A stretch of DNA of 64,000 nt, taken from the NCBI GenBank assembly GCA_963718895.1, contig CAVRAG010000008.1, positions 1,376,001 through 1,440,000 on the forward strand, read 5' to 3'. Positions 38,485 to 47,859 of the stretch are shown in pieces. A program made the translations under genes and the position numbers. The stretch's first letter is position 1. Every line of letters starts with the position of its first letter. The notes beneath the pieces were generated by a model, which was not told where the DNA came from, made no database searches, and worked only from the letters and a program-made list of their open reading frames with translations. Origin of the DNA: an uncultured Nitrososphaerota archaeon. GTDB taxonomy: Archaea; Thermoproteota; Nitrososphaeria; Nitrososphaerales; Gagatemarchaeaceae.

Positions 38485-39789
38485 CTACGCCGATTCTATG
38501 GCTCTCTTGCCGGCGAGTGCGTGCGGTTCCAGAGAGTCTGACAGTCTTTCGAGGGAGGCACCGACCGACGCGAGGTCGGACCCCGTCGGTGCCCGGGCAG
38601 CCAGCCCACGGCAGTGCTCGGCAAGTCCGGTCGCCCTCTCGTGCAGCAGTATCCAGGCCGCGTGCCTGTGGGGAAGAAGGTACTCCTTGCGGTACATCTC
38701 GAACGATGGTCCCGCGGTCTGACCGGGGTGATGCTCCCCCAGAGGCAAGGACGTCAGCAACTTCCCGAGAGGCCTCAGGACCTGAGACATCACCGTGACG
38801 GCTGAATCGCTTAGCGTTTGCAGCTCCGTCCCCGTGGTCTCCGTGTGGATGAAGAACCTGCACAGGAGTTGGAGCGCGAGCTCATAGCTCGCATTGAATA
38901 GATTGGATATGTCGACCGTGAAGGGGTCGGTTATCTTGGCCATCTTCCCCATGTCCACCTGCGACCTGACGCACGACGGGATCGCAGGACGGGCAGGTTC
39001 GAAGCTCGGGTCCTGCCGCTTGAACTCCAGGTACTCGTTCAGGACAACGTAGAACTTCCCAAAATGGGCTGTCTTCCAGTTTCCTCGTGCGCCCTCGCCT
39101 TCGGTGATGATCGTCTCGATCGCCCGCTTTGAAGATGCCAGGTCCGTGACAGGCACGAGCTCCGGCCATCCGAAGTACTCCCGGGTCGCCTGCGACCGGG
39201 CTGAGCCGATGAAGAGGTTGCGTTCGCCGAGCTTTTGGGCCATGCGGACGAAGCCGTCCTCCAGCCCTCGATAGAGGTGTCCCACCGTAGAAAAGTCCTG
39301 CGCCTCAGGGACGATTTCGTCGCCGGCCTTGTTCGGGACGGCCGCCGAGTGCAGGTCGAATCCGGGGGCATCATCCAGATCCAGATCGAGCTTTTCAGGT
39401 CGTTCAAGGAAGAGGAAGTGGCGGAGCGCTCTCTCTCCGAAGGGAAGGAGAGCGAGCTGGACGCCGGGAGCGAAGTACTTCGCTGGATGCGGAAAGTTAG
39501 GGCGTGCGAAATAGGGAGCCGCCCCTATCGATGTGAGGAGGTTGTTGACGAGGGCCAGGTGCAGCATCTCCTGAATCGCGACGCCTGATACGACTCGGTC
39601 CCAGCGCCTGACGGCCTCGGACTGGTGGGCGCTCAAGCCTTCGTCGGGACGGTCCTTCAGGGTGAAGGAGGCGAACAAGTATCCGCACATTATCATGTGC
39701 TCGAGCGCGGCAGCTTCCGAGAGCATGAATACGAGCTCCTCTCTGGTCTCAATGACTATGGGACCTTCCTTTGCAGCTTGGCTTGTCAC
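38485..39789 (-). CDS. Ferritin-like domain protein (VioB/RebD-associated ferritin-like family)
   Basis: EAAALEH..MCGYL, QEMLHLAL..N.L..IG..P, TVGHLY, IITEGEG, AHFGKF, AGPSFE. Confidence 0.85.
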   Translation of the reverse strand: MTSQAAKEGPIVIETREELVFMLSEAAALEHMIMCGYLFASFTLKDRPDEGLSAHQSEAVRRWDRVVSGVAIQEMLHLALVNNLLTSIGAAPYFARPNFPHPAKYFAPGVQLALLPFGERALRHFLFLERPEKLDLDLDDAPGFDLHSAAVPNKAGDEIVPEAQDFSTVGHLYRGLEDGFVRMAQKLGERNLFIGSARSQATREYFGWPELVPVTDLASSKRAIETIITEGEGARGNWKTAHFGKFYVVLNEYLEFKRQDPSFEPARPAIPSCVRSQVDMGKMAKITDPFTVDISNLFNASYELALQLLCRFFIHTETTGTELQTLSDSAVTVMSQVLRPLGKLLTSLPLGEHHPGQTAGPSFEMYRKEYLLPHRHAAWILLHERATGLAEHCRGLAARAPTGSDLASVGASLERLSDSLEPHALAGKRAIESA

Positions 39790-39921
39790 GCGTTCGTGAC
39801 GATGCGTTGAGTGGATAAAAGTCTATCAGGCAAGTGGTATCCTCTGGGATGAATCTGTGCTCCATCTGTGTGAATTGGGGCTTCAGAGCCAATATATAAC
39901 GCGCCCTCCAAAACACAACGA

Positions 39922-41016
39922 ATGATTCTAGGACGCCGCCGCTTCGCCCTATCGGTCGCCGCTCTAATCTCCTTTGGCATGCTTTCCGGTCTCGCGATTC
40001 CTTTCGCTGCCGCGACCACGTGTGCACCAGGCCACTTTTGCGGGACTCTCTACTACACTCAGATAGGTGCGGGAGTGAACACGCTCTCGTTTGATTACAA
40101 CTCTATCAGCCCCAGTGTCGCTTGGGGAACTCCGACGGTCGTCATTGGATCCCTCCCCGGAGGGGCAGACGGCCTCGCATTCGACTCGCATCTCGGAACC
40201 CCGGTTCCCGACCTGCTCGTGGGGCTCAACGGCGGCGGAGGTACCTCGATTAACGTCGTCGATCCCAACTCGGCCACGCTCGTGACGTCGGAGACCACCG
40301 ATGGCCAGGTCCCATCTCACGTGATGGTAGACCCGTCAGGGAACACTGGGTACACGACGGCCGACCCAGGCACTGTGGTGTCAATACCGCTCAACCCGCT
40401 CGGGCCTGGGACTTCCCATGCGCTCACCGGTGACGATGGCACCACTACCGGATCGGGCTTCGGCGTCGACACTATCGTCTGGAGCGACGCAACCCACGCG
40501 TTCTACACGTCGGACCACTCCGGCGACTTCGGCGGAGGCGGCGACGTTGGGACCATCAACCTCTCGACATTCGTAACGACCTGCTTCAAGGCTCCAAGCG
40601 GCGCATGTATGTACTACCCCGGCGCTCACGGGATGGCCTATGACCCCTTCACCGGCGACCTGTTCATCTTTGGTGCCACGCACATAACGCAGCTCGATAC
40701 GTCCGGCAACGTCATCTCGGACCTGACCGTCCCTGGTGCTCAGTTCGACCAGGGGACAGTTGACGGAAACGGGCACCTGCTCGTCGCCGACAACAACGGC
40801 CACATCCTCTTCGACGACTACTCCGTCACCAAATCGCTGACTGGCTCGTTCCACACGGAGCTCGCCGTATCGTCGCCCGACGACGTGGCACCGCTCATAG
40901 GTCCGGGATCTCCCGTCACCTCGGCCCCAGAGTTCCCGATCGGAATTCTGGCGCTGTTCGTGGTCGCGGTGCCCGCGATGCTTCTCCTGAGGGCCCGGCT
41001 CTCGACGAAGCCTTAG
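39922..41016 (+). CDS. Secreted beta-propeller-like surface protein with PEF-CTERM sorting signal
   Basis: Signal peptide; repeated blades (GADGLAFD, HVMVDPSG, HGMAYDP, DQGTVDGNG); APEFP + TM + RAR. Confidence 0.8.
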   Translation: MILGRRRFALSVAALISFGMLSGLAIPFAAATTCAPGHFCGTLYYTQIGAGVNTLSFDYNSISPSVAWGTPTVVIGSLPGGADGLAFDSHLGTPVPDLLVGLNGGGGTSINVVDPNSATLVTSETTDGQVPSHVMVDPSGNTGYTTADPGTVVSIPLNPLGPGTSHALTGDDGTTTGSGFGVDTIVWSDATHAFYTSDHSGDFGGGGDVGTINLSTFVTTCFKAPSGACMYYPGAHGMAYDPFTGDLFIFGATHITQLDTSGNVISDLTVPGAQFDQGTVDGNGHLLVADNNGHILFDDYSVTKSLTGSFHTELAVSSPDDVAPLIGPGSPVTSAPEFPIGILALFVVAVPAMLLLRARLSTKP

Positions 41017-41154
41017 GCCCAGGGCCGAGGCAGCGGTCAGTCGACTCCTGCGCTCCACCTGCTTCGCCCCACCCGCCGGCCACGGGGAGGTACGAGGATT
41101 GGCGTCCGCACTTGACGAGAACATTTGAATAGGTTTTGATCCTGCTCCGCGCCA

Positions 41155-41976
41155 TTGCCCCTGGTCTACGCCTGCATAGCCCCTCACGGGGACGAGATGG
41201 TCCAGGAACTCGTTGGGGATAAGCCGGGCTTCGCCGTCGAGACAGCCAAAGGGATGATAAGGCTGACAGCCGAGATGAAGAGATCCAGGCCCGATACCAT
41301 TGTGATAGCGACGCCCCACAACCTGAGGCTGATGGGGAGGATAGGGGTTGTGACGGCCGAGAACTCTTCCGGCAGGGTGGGAGTAGGGGACAGGTCGATA
41401 GCCCTTGAAGCCAAGTGCGACACCGAGATGGCGATGGAACTTATCTCGGCTGGGCGGGAGGTACACATTCCAGTGGTCGGCGCTAACTATGGGACTGCGT
41501 CGGGGCCTCTCTCGAACCTGGCCATGGACTGGGGCACGCTGATTCCGCTCTGGTTCTTCCTCAGGCACAACCGGCTCAAGAGCAGGATTGTCATCGTGAC
41601 CCCGTCCCGCGAGATGCCACTGAAACAGAACTACGGCTTCGGCGTGAAGGTCGCGCAGGTGGCGGAGAGGTCGGAGAAGCGGGTCGCCTTCGTCGCCAGC
41701 TCCGATCAAGCCCATACCCACAACAAGAGGGGGCCCTACGGCCACTCCAAGGAGGCCGCGGTCTACGACAGGAAGGTCATCGAAGCAATCGAGGGTAACA
41801 GGCTCTCCGACATCATGAAGTTCAAGTCTTCCATGGTGAGCGAGGCTAGGGCCGATAGCCTGTGGCAGATGGTCGTGCTCGCGGGCGTCCTGGAGGAGGT
41901 CCCGATGACAGGAAGGGTCTACTCCTACGAGGTTGCCACTTACTTCGGGATGCTGTGTGCCGGTTACACTAGGTAG
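41155..41976 (+). CDS. Class III extradiol dioxygenase (LigB/Memo-like) protein
   Basis: CIAPHG, IATPH, DWGTLIPLWF, ASSDQAH, YEV.TYFGM. Confidence 0.85.
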   Translation: MPLVYACIAPHGDEMVQELVGDKPGFAVETAKGMIRLTAEMKRSRPDTIVIATPHNLRLMGRIGVVTAENSSGRVGVGDRSIALEAKCDTEMAMELISAGREVHIPVVGANYGTASGPLSNLAMDWGTLIPLWFFLRHNRLKSRIVIVTPSREMPLKQNYGFGVKVAQVAERSEKRVAFVASSDQAHTHNKRGPYGHSKEAAVYDRKVIEAIEGNRLSDIMKFKSSMVSEARADSLWQMVVLAGVLEEVPMTGRVYSYEVATYFGMLCAGYTR

Positions 41977-41997
41977 GAGTGCGCTCGCAGGATTCGG

Positions 41998-43587
41998 TCA
42001 GGCCTTCGCGGCCTCGGGCGCCGAAGCAGGTGAGGCATCCGCTGGGGCTGCAGGTGCGCGCTCTGCGGACTTCTTCGGTACCTTCCCTTTGAAGAACAGG
42101 CCGAATCCGAAGGAGACGAAGATGAAAACTGCGAGAATGAGGAAGATCTCGTTGTACGTGGTCACGAGGCCGCTCAAGGAGGCGGCGGGCGAGGTAGCAC
42201 CCTTTGCCAGGGTCGCATAGCGCCACGTCTCGAAGGCGGTCAGCAGCGATATTCCAAGGGCTCCCCCGAGGCCCTGAAGGAAGCGGGTGAGTCCGATTGC
42301 TGCACCCACCTTGTCACTCGGAGCCTCGTTCTGGACTGCAATCGTCGGCCCCGCGAGGGAGAACCCGAGGCCGAATCCCAGAGGGATAAGCGGAAGAGCC
42401 AGTCCGCCTATGGGCAGGAACCCGTCGGCCAAGACCCACAGCTGCGTGGTAGGCGTCAGCTGCGTGAGAAAGAGCGACGCGACTGAGGCTATGGCTAGAC
42501 CCGGAGCGATTACGTTTCGGTAGGCAATCTTGGCCAGGAGCTGGCCCGAGATCGCTGCGCCGAGAACCAGCGGGACCGCAACGAAGTAGATGATGTCGCG
42601 GACGTCGTTGGCCGCGTTCGGACCACTGTTCAGGAGGACTATCCCAACGAAGACCGAGAGGAACGTGATCAGGGCGCTGAAGACGATTCCGCTGAAGAAC
42701 ATGACCCCGCTGGTCGCAGCTATGGTGCGCTGTTTCATCAGGCGGAGCGGGACGAGCGGCTCAGAGACTCGGAGTTCAAACCGGAGGAAGACGGCGAACA
42801 GCACCGCCGACCCCGCCAGGAGCGTTATGATCAGGGGATCTGTCCAGCTCAACCCCTCGTCCGAGACCTCGACGAGGGCGAACATCAGGGCGCCCACCCA
42901 TCCCGAGAGCAGCCCCGCTCCGGGGACGTCGAACCTGCCCGGATTCGTCGGACGCAGGGGCTTCAGGAAAAGCATGAGTACGATCACGGCCCCGATTCCG
43001 AATGGGAGGTTGATGTAGAAGACCCACCGCCAGGTCGTCACAGATACGATGTAGCTCCCCACGAGGGGGCCAAGGACTATGGCTAGCCCTGCTGCCCCGC
43101 TGAGGACTCCGGTGACCCGGGCACGCGTCTGGGGAGGGAACAGCACCGCGATCATTGCGATGGCGACTGGGAAGACGCCTCCGCCGCCGAACCCCTGTAT
43201 GGCACGGAAGGCGATCAGCTCGGTTAGGTTCTGGCTCAGGCCCGCGAGGGCGGAGCCCACGATGAAGATCGCAAGGCCGACGATGAAGACGTTGCGCCTG
43301 TTCGCGATGTCGGAGATCCTGGCGAAGATTGGGATGGAGATAGTCGAAGAGATTAGGTATCCGCCCGCCACGAAGGTGACCCCGTTGACCTGGTGCAGGT
43401 CGAAGGCGATTGTCGGGAGGACGGTGGCGACGACGAGGCCGTCCATCGCTCCCATCAGGATGGCGAGGAAGACCCCCACGAGAACGAGGACCGCCGGAGC
43501 GCCTGTGAGGTGCTGGGAAGTGGGAGGGTCGCTCGCCTTTGCGGTCTCCTCCACGGCATCTGGGGCAGACCACCCGGTAGCGTCCAT
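41998..43587 (-). CDS. MFS drug:H+ antiporter (DHA2, 14-TM)
   Basis: D.LVVATVLP, FRAIQGFGGGG, WRWVFYINLP, EPLVPL. Confidence 0.93.
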   Translation of the reverse strand: MDATGWSAPDAVEETAKASDPPTSQHLTGAPAVLVLVGVFLAILMGAMDGLVVATVLPTIAFDLHQVNGVTFVAGGYLISSTISIPIFARISDIANRRNVFIVGLAIFIVGSALAGLSQNLTELIAFRAIQGFGGGGVFPVAIAMIAVLFPPQTRARVTGVLSGAAGLAIVLGPLVGSYIVSVTTWRWVFYINLPFGIGAVIVLMLFLKPLRPTNPGRFDVPGAGLLSGWVGALMFALVEVSDEGLSWTDPLIITLLAGSAVLFAVFLRFELRVSEPLVPLRLMKQRTIAATSGVMFFSGIVFSALITFLSVFVGIVLLNSGPNAANDVRDIIYFVAVPLVLGAAISGQLLAKIAYRNVIAPGLAIASVASLFLTQLTPTTQLWVLADGFLPIGGLALPLIPLGFGLGFSLAGPTIAVQNEAPSDKVGAAIGLTRFLQGLGGALGISLLTAFETWRYATLAKGATSPAASLSGLVTTYNEIFLILAVFIFVSFGFGLFFKGKVPKKSAERAPAAPADASPASAPEAAKA

Positions 43588-43683
43588 GATTGGAGCGGGT
43601 GGGGCGGCCGAGATTAGCCTTGTAGCGCGTATGCGCGCCTATCGGCAAAAATGTCTATACGGAGCCGCTACGGATGAAGAGGT

Positions 43684-44331
43684 ATGCGCAGGGTGACCAT
43701 AGAGCTGGACCTCGATGAGATGAGCAAGTTCGAGAACAACCCCATGCTCGAGAAGATCAAGAGCCTCGAGATACTCCAGTTCCTCAAGGACGGCCCCGAG
43801 GAGTTCGCTGCCATCTTCAGAATCGAGTTCGAGGACCAGACGGCCAAGGTCGAGGACTTCATAGATGACGACATACTCGATCTGCAGATGCTCGACCATG
43901 AGAAGAACGGGGCGTACATCTATTTCATCAAGAGCAAGCCAGCGGCGCATCCCTCAATCCAGTTCGACCCGTTCGCCGCAGGAGGGTACCTCTCCGTCCC
44001 GTTCGAGATAAGGGACGGAAGGGCGAGGATGAGCTACCTCGGGAGCGGTAAGCAGGTGAAGACTTTCCTCGATGGCATCGAGAAGGCTGGCGTCAAGTAT
44101 CGCGTGGCGCGGGTCTCTGACGCTAAGTTCCCCCAGGACTCGCCGCTCAGCCGGCTGACGGAGAAGCAGAGAAGGGTCCTGGTCGCCGCCTACAGGCTGG
44201 GCTACTATGACGAGCCGAGGAGGATAAGCTCGCTGGAACTGGCTAGGAGGATGAAGGTCGGGAGCTCGACGCTGATCAACCACAGGAGGAGGGCTGAGAG
44301 GCGCCTGCTCGCAGAACTCGTCGGCAGATGA
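43684..44331 (+). CDS. HTH-10 (bacterio-opsin activator-like) transcriptional regulator, divergent from the MFS gene
   Basis: LTEKQRRVL..AY..GYYDEPRRI...ELA...ST..H.RRAE. Confidence 0.92.
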   Translation: MRRVTIELDLDEMSKFENNPMLEKIKSLEILQFLKDGPEEFAAIFRIEFEDQTAKVEDFIDDDILDLQMLDHEKNGAYIYFIKSKPAAHPSIQFDPFAAGGYLSVPFEIRDGRARMSYLGSGKQVKTFLDGIEKAGVKYRVARVSDAKFPQDSPLSRLTEKQRRVLVAAYRLGYYDEPRRISSLELARRMKVGSSTLINHRRRAERRLLAELVGR

Positions 44332-44404
44332 AGAGGAGCGGGCCAGCCCATCAGCGCGCGAGGCTTATCGCGCCTCGCGCATCATTTGGACGGAGTCCAT
44401 GGCC

Positions 44405-44417
44405 CGAAAGCTTAAGT
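44405..44417 (+). promoter_or_regulatory. BRE + TATA-like element (CGAAAG CTTAAGT)
   Basis: About 25-30 nt upstream of the ATG at 44442. Confidence 0.5.
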
Positions 44418-44441
44418 GCACAATGACTCGCGGCTATTATC

Positions 44442-44537
44442 ATGTCGCTCGAAATCGGTGAGTTGGACGATGACGAGTACGAAGCTGACTATGAGGCGGA
44501 AGGTCTGGACGAAGACACCGATGACGACGACATCTGA
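44442..44537 (+). CDS. 31-aa hyperacidic peptide
   Basis: Hand translation MSLEIGELDDDEYEADYEAEGLDEDTDDDDI*; own promoter-like element. Confidence 0.55.
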   Translation: MSLEIGELDDDEYEADYEAEGLDEDTDDDDI

Positions 44538-44631
44538 GTTGCGACAGCGCTAGACAGTCAAATCGACCCACGGTTAGAGGTGCTGGACGATTGTCGAGGA
44601 GAGGTTGACCCGTCCCTCCGCCAGAAAGAGT

Positions 44632-45768
44632 CTAGGTGAGGGAACCCACGATGGCGTTTGAGAACCTGCCCAGTATTGCGCCGCTCCCATCGAAGGGCTG
44701 ATTCGTCAGGACGACGCAGGCAAGCGAGCTCTCAGGGTCGGCCCAGCAGAGGGTCCCGGTCGCCCCCCAGTGCCCGAACGTCCCGGGCGAGACGAGGTCT
44801 CCGAAGACAGAGTTGGACGGCGACTTCAGCTGCCATCCGAGTCCCCAGGGATGGTCGCGTCTGACGCTCTCCGGAATCGGCAGGAACGTCTCCACTTGGT
44901 TGCTCGTCATGGCCCGCACGGTCGCCGGGCTGAGAATCTGCCTGTCGCCCGAGGTTCCTCGGTTCAGGAACGCGTTCAGGAATCTCGACAGGTCGGTCGC
45001 CGTTGAGAACATCCCTCCCCATGGGTACCCGAGGCTCCAGAGGTATCGGCTGTTCCAGTTCCAGTCCGTGGCGTCCGCCCCTCCGTACTGGAAGCCTCCA
45101 GGGGGGATGTTTACCTGGCTTACCCTCTCCGACTTGGACCAGTTGACCCCGAGCGACGAATCGACCATGCTGAGGGGCTGGAATATCTCGCGCTGCATGA
45201 AGTCGGCGAGAGGCATCCCCGTGACGTGCTGGACGATATCCATCAGCATGGCCATCCCGCAGCTCTGATAGCTGAAGCTCGTGCCGGGCTCGAAGAGGAG
45301 CGGGGTCCTGTAGATCTTGCGGAGGAAGTCGTCGAGGGTCGCGTGGTGTGACCTCAGCTCCATGTTCTCCGGGAGCTGGTCTGGCAGCCCGCTGGTGTGG
45401 GTGAGGAGGTGGCGCACCAAGACTCTGTCCCTCTGGCCCCCATCGCCGAACTCCGGCACGATGGAGCAGACGGGGTCATCTAGGCGCAGGCTTCCCTTCT
45501 CCACCAGCATCATCGCGGCCGTGGAGGTCACCGGTTTGGTCAACGAGGCAATCAGGAATATCGTGTCGGCCTGGACCGGAAGGTCTTCCTTGATCGACCT
45601 CCTCCCAAAGGCCTGCGGTTCCAGCGGTTCCCCGTCCTTGCTTATCCGGACCGCACACCCCATGATCCTTCCCTCTTCGACGGCTCTTCGCAGGATCGTG
45701 TAGGCCACCTCCAGTCGTTTCGATGATAGGCCCATCTGCTCGGGCTCGCTGGTCAGTCTGGGTTGCAC
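44632..45768 (-). CDS. Serine hydrolase (class C beta-lactamase / esterase family)
   Basis: IASLTK (SxxK), LLTHTSG, FSYQS, FGHWGATG; GTG start chosen from TATATA at ~45800. Confidence 0.92.
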   Translation of the reverse strand: MQPRLTSEPEQMGLSSKRLEVAYTILRRAVEEGRIMGCAVRISKDGEPLEPQAFGRRSIKEDLPVQADTIFLIASLTKPVTSTAAMMLVEKGSLRLDDPVCSIVPEFGDGGQRDRVLVRHLLTHTSGLPDQLPENMELRSHHATLDDFLRKIYRTPLLFEPGTSFSYQSCGMAMLMDIVQHVTGMPLADFMQREIFQPLSMVDSSLGVNWSKSERVSQVNIPPGGFQYGGADATDWNWNSRYLWSLGYPWGGMFSTATDLSRFLNAFLNRGTSGDRQILSPATVRAMTSNQVETFLPIPESVRRDHPWGLGWQLKSPSNSVFGDLVSPGTFGHWGATGTLCWADPESSLACVVLTNQPFDGSGAILGRFSNAIVGSLT

Positions 45769-45933
45769 ATCCGCGAGCCTCCGCAGACGGAGCGACGCTA
45801 TATATCGTGCGGCCCGTGGACGCCCATCCGTCACCGCCTGCCGCGCTCTCATGTGTACAGGGCGCATGAAGGGGAGCGAGTTTCGTCGCGCCTCCTCGCG
45901 CACCCTTAAGAATCATGCGGGTCACCTGAGGAC

Positions 45934-46452
45934 ATGCGAAGGTACGCCGTCTTTGGTCCTGCCGACCGTTATCCCCCTGCGCCGGGAGGGGGCATGTGCA
46001 TCAGCGTCTTCGCCATAGTGAGACGCGAAGGGAAGCTGCTGATGGGCGTCCCCAAGGGCAAGCGGAGATGGATCTCCGACTGGGTCCCCGCCTGGGGCAG
46101 CTACACGAAGGAAGACCTGGACTCGGAGTTCAAGCGGTGGCGCCTCCCGTCGGGCTACCTGCTTGAAGGCGAGCACCCAGACCAGACAATCAAGCGTGTC
46201 ATGAAGGAGTAGTTGCGGGTCAGGAGCTTCGCAGTGTCGTCCTCCCGCGTCCTGTCATACGCCACGCCGAGCGACTGGTACCCCGGGAACGTCCACTGGG
46301 ACCTCGTGTTCGCCTACGAGGTCAACGTCAGAGGACCAATCAAGAAGCCTCCATGGTGGAATGAGCTCAGGTTCCTCGCCAGGTCCGAGTTGCAAAGCGT
46401 CGAGTTCGGCTGGAACGACGACTTCATGAGAGACCTCAAGCTGGTCGGGTAG
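45934..46452 (+). pseudogene. NUDIX-fold protein interrupted by one in-frame TAG (46210-46212)
   Basis: Two in-frame ORFs join into a full paralogue of 37619 (PGGGMCISVF, WRLPSGYL.EGEHP, HWDLVF). Confidence 0.8.
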
Positions 46453-46505
46453 GGCGCGCTGCGCCGGCGCGGTTATATTTCGGGCGAACGCGGCCACGTC
46501 GCTCG

Positions 46506-47507
46506 ATGCGCAGTCAGAAGCTCGCAGCTCCTCTCGTGGCCACCCTCCTGTTGGTCTCGTTCCTCAGCCTGGTCTCCCCCGCTCACGCCGCGACCCAGCC
46601 TCCCGTCGACGTGAAGACCGGGGCCTACGTCCTGAACATCTACAACTTCAACGTTGGGCAGGGCACGTTCTCGGCCGACTTCTATCTCTGGTTCTCTTGG
46701 TATGGGAACTTTTCCTACGACAGCGCATCGCCCACGACGCCCGTTCCCGGCGGTTTCGAGCTCATGAACGGCGTAGTCACCAAGTCGACGCTCATCGAGT
46801 CAGACCAGAATCTGAGCGGCAGCGGATACAACTATCTGATCTACAGGATTCAGGCATCGATGACGGATCCGATCAACCTGCAGAACTACCCGTTCGACCA
46901 CCACAACCTCACCATCGAGATTGAGGACCAGGACAACAACGAGCAGACCCTCGTCTACACCGCCGATTCCCAGAGCCGCATCGATCCGTCGGTCAAGCTG
47001 CAGGGCTGGCAGCTCCAGACGTCGCCGGTCAACGCGACCGTCATCAGCCACTTCTATAACACGACGTTCGGCGACCCGGTCCAGAACTACACCGAGACCT
47101 ATTCCAGGTTCGAGATCTCGATAGCTATTCAGAGGCCCCTGCTCTCTTCGGTCGCGGAGACCTTCATCCCCATCCTGCTCATCCTGATAGTCGCAATGAT
47201 CTCCTTCCTCATCAAGCCGACCGAGTTCGGAGCCAGGCTGGGGCTGAACGTGACGACGCTTCTCACGGCGGTAGCGTTCCAGATCAACCTGACGAACGGC
47301 ATCCCGCAGTTCGGGTTCCTCACTCTGGCAGACAGACTGATGATTAGCCTCTACATCATACTGACCTACTCGTTGTTCATGACTGTGAGTCTGGCGGCCA
47401 TAAAGGGCGAGAGAGGGACGCGCGCGGTCAAGCGCCTCAACGACGCCAGCGCGATCATCATGCCGATGGTGATGCTGGTGCTCCTAGTCCTCGATTTCGT
47501 CCTGTGA
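46506..47507 (+). CDS. Pentameric ligand-gated ion channel (GLIC/ELIC-like Pro-loop receptor)
   Basis: Signal peptide, PVDV, F.ADFYLWFSW, FELMNG, NLQNYPFD (Pro-loop), GW, I.I.R pre-M1, M1 Pro, M2 ARLGLNVTTLLTAVAF, LTLAD M3, M4. Confidence 0.92.
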   Translation: MRSQKLAAPLVATLLLVSFLSLVSPAHAATQPPVDVKTGAYVLNIYNFNVGQGTFSADFYLWFSWYGNFSYDSASPTTPVPGGFELMNGVVTKSTLIESDQNLSGSGYNYLIYRIQASMTDPINLQNYPFDHHNLTIEIEDQDNNEQTLVYTADSQSRIDPSVKLQGWQLQTSPVNATVISHFYNTTFGDPVQNYTETYSRFEISIAIQRPLLSSVAETFIPILLILIVAMISFLIKPTEFGARLGLNVTTLLTAVAFQINLTNGIPQFGFLTLADRLMISLYIILTYSLFMTVSLAAIKGERGTRAVKRLNDASAIIMPMVMLVLLVLDFVL

Positions 47508-47588
47508 AGGAAGCCCGGGGGGGAACGTCGGACCTTCCTCAATGTGTAAGGAACGACGCGGCGGAGACCCCGGCGAGGCTGGGAAGTC

Positions 47589-47852
47589 TTGTCTAACCCT
47601 CAGACCGGGACAGAGGGCCAACCCGGGGCCTCTGAGACCGATGAGAGCCGTACCCGCCTGCAATAGCGGCTGAAAGGGCTCAGGATAGACCACATCGCCT
47701 ACAATCGCGCGGCCACCCATTTCAGCCAAAGGAGCAGGGCGCTGGGTCCGGCGGTGACGGTCCTCACCGTTCTTGCCGGCACCAGCCTGTTCACCGGCCT
47801 TTCCTCACCCTCCAACCTCCAGGCGGTCGTGCTCGTCGCCGGAGCGGTCTAG
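47589..47852 (+). pseudogene. SLATT-like two-TM domain remnant
   Basis: Hand translation ..RLQ*RLKGLRIDHIAYNRAATHFSQRSRALGPAVTVLTVLAGTSLFTGLSSPSNLQAVVLVAGAV*LA; TAGs at 47664 and 47850. Confidence 0.5.
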
Positions 47853-47859
47853 CTCGCCA

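Noticed and set aside
37619-38863. 414-aa ORF read as a long NUDIX fusion
   Set aside because: The upstream part overlaps the ferritin-like gene and a hydrolase relic; the NUDIX domain starts at 38206.
40381-41745. Long antisense or alternate-frame ORFs (454 aa here; also 13638, 24707, 42776, 62608)
   Set aside because: Shadow ORFs of real genes in high-GC DNA; Arg/Pro/Gly-rich and without motifs.
46210-47852. Genome-wide TAG recoding suggested by three in-frame TAGs within 1.7 kb
   Set aside because: Many well-bounded genes (tdh, kbl, the 14741 SDR, yhfX) end at TAG at family-typical C-termini.
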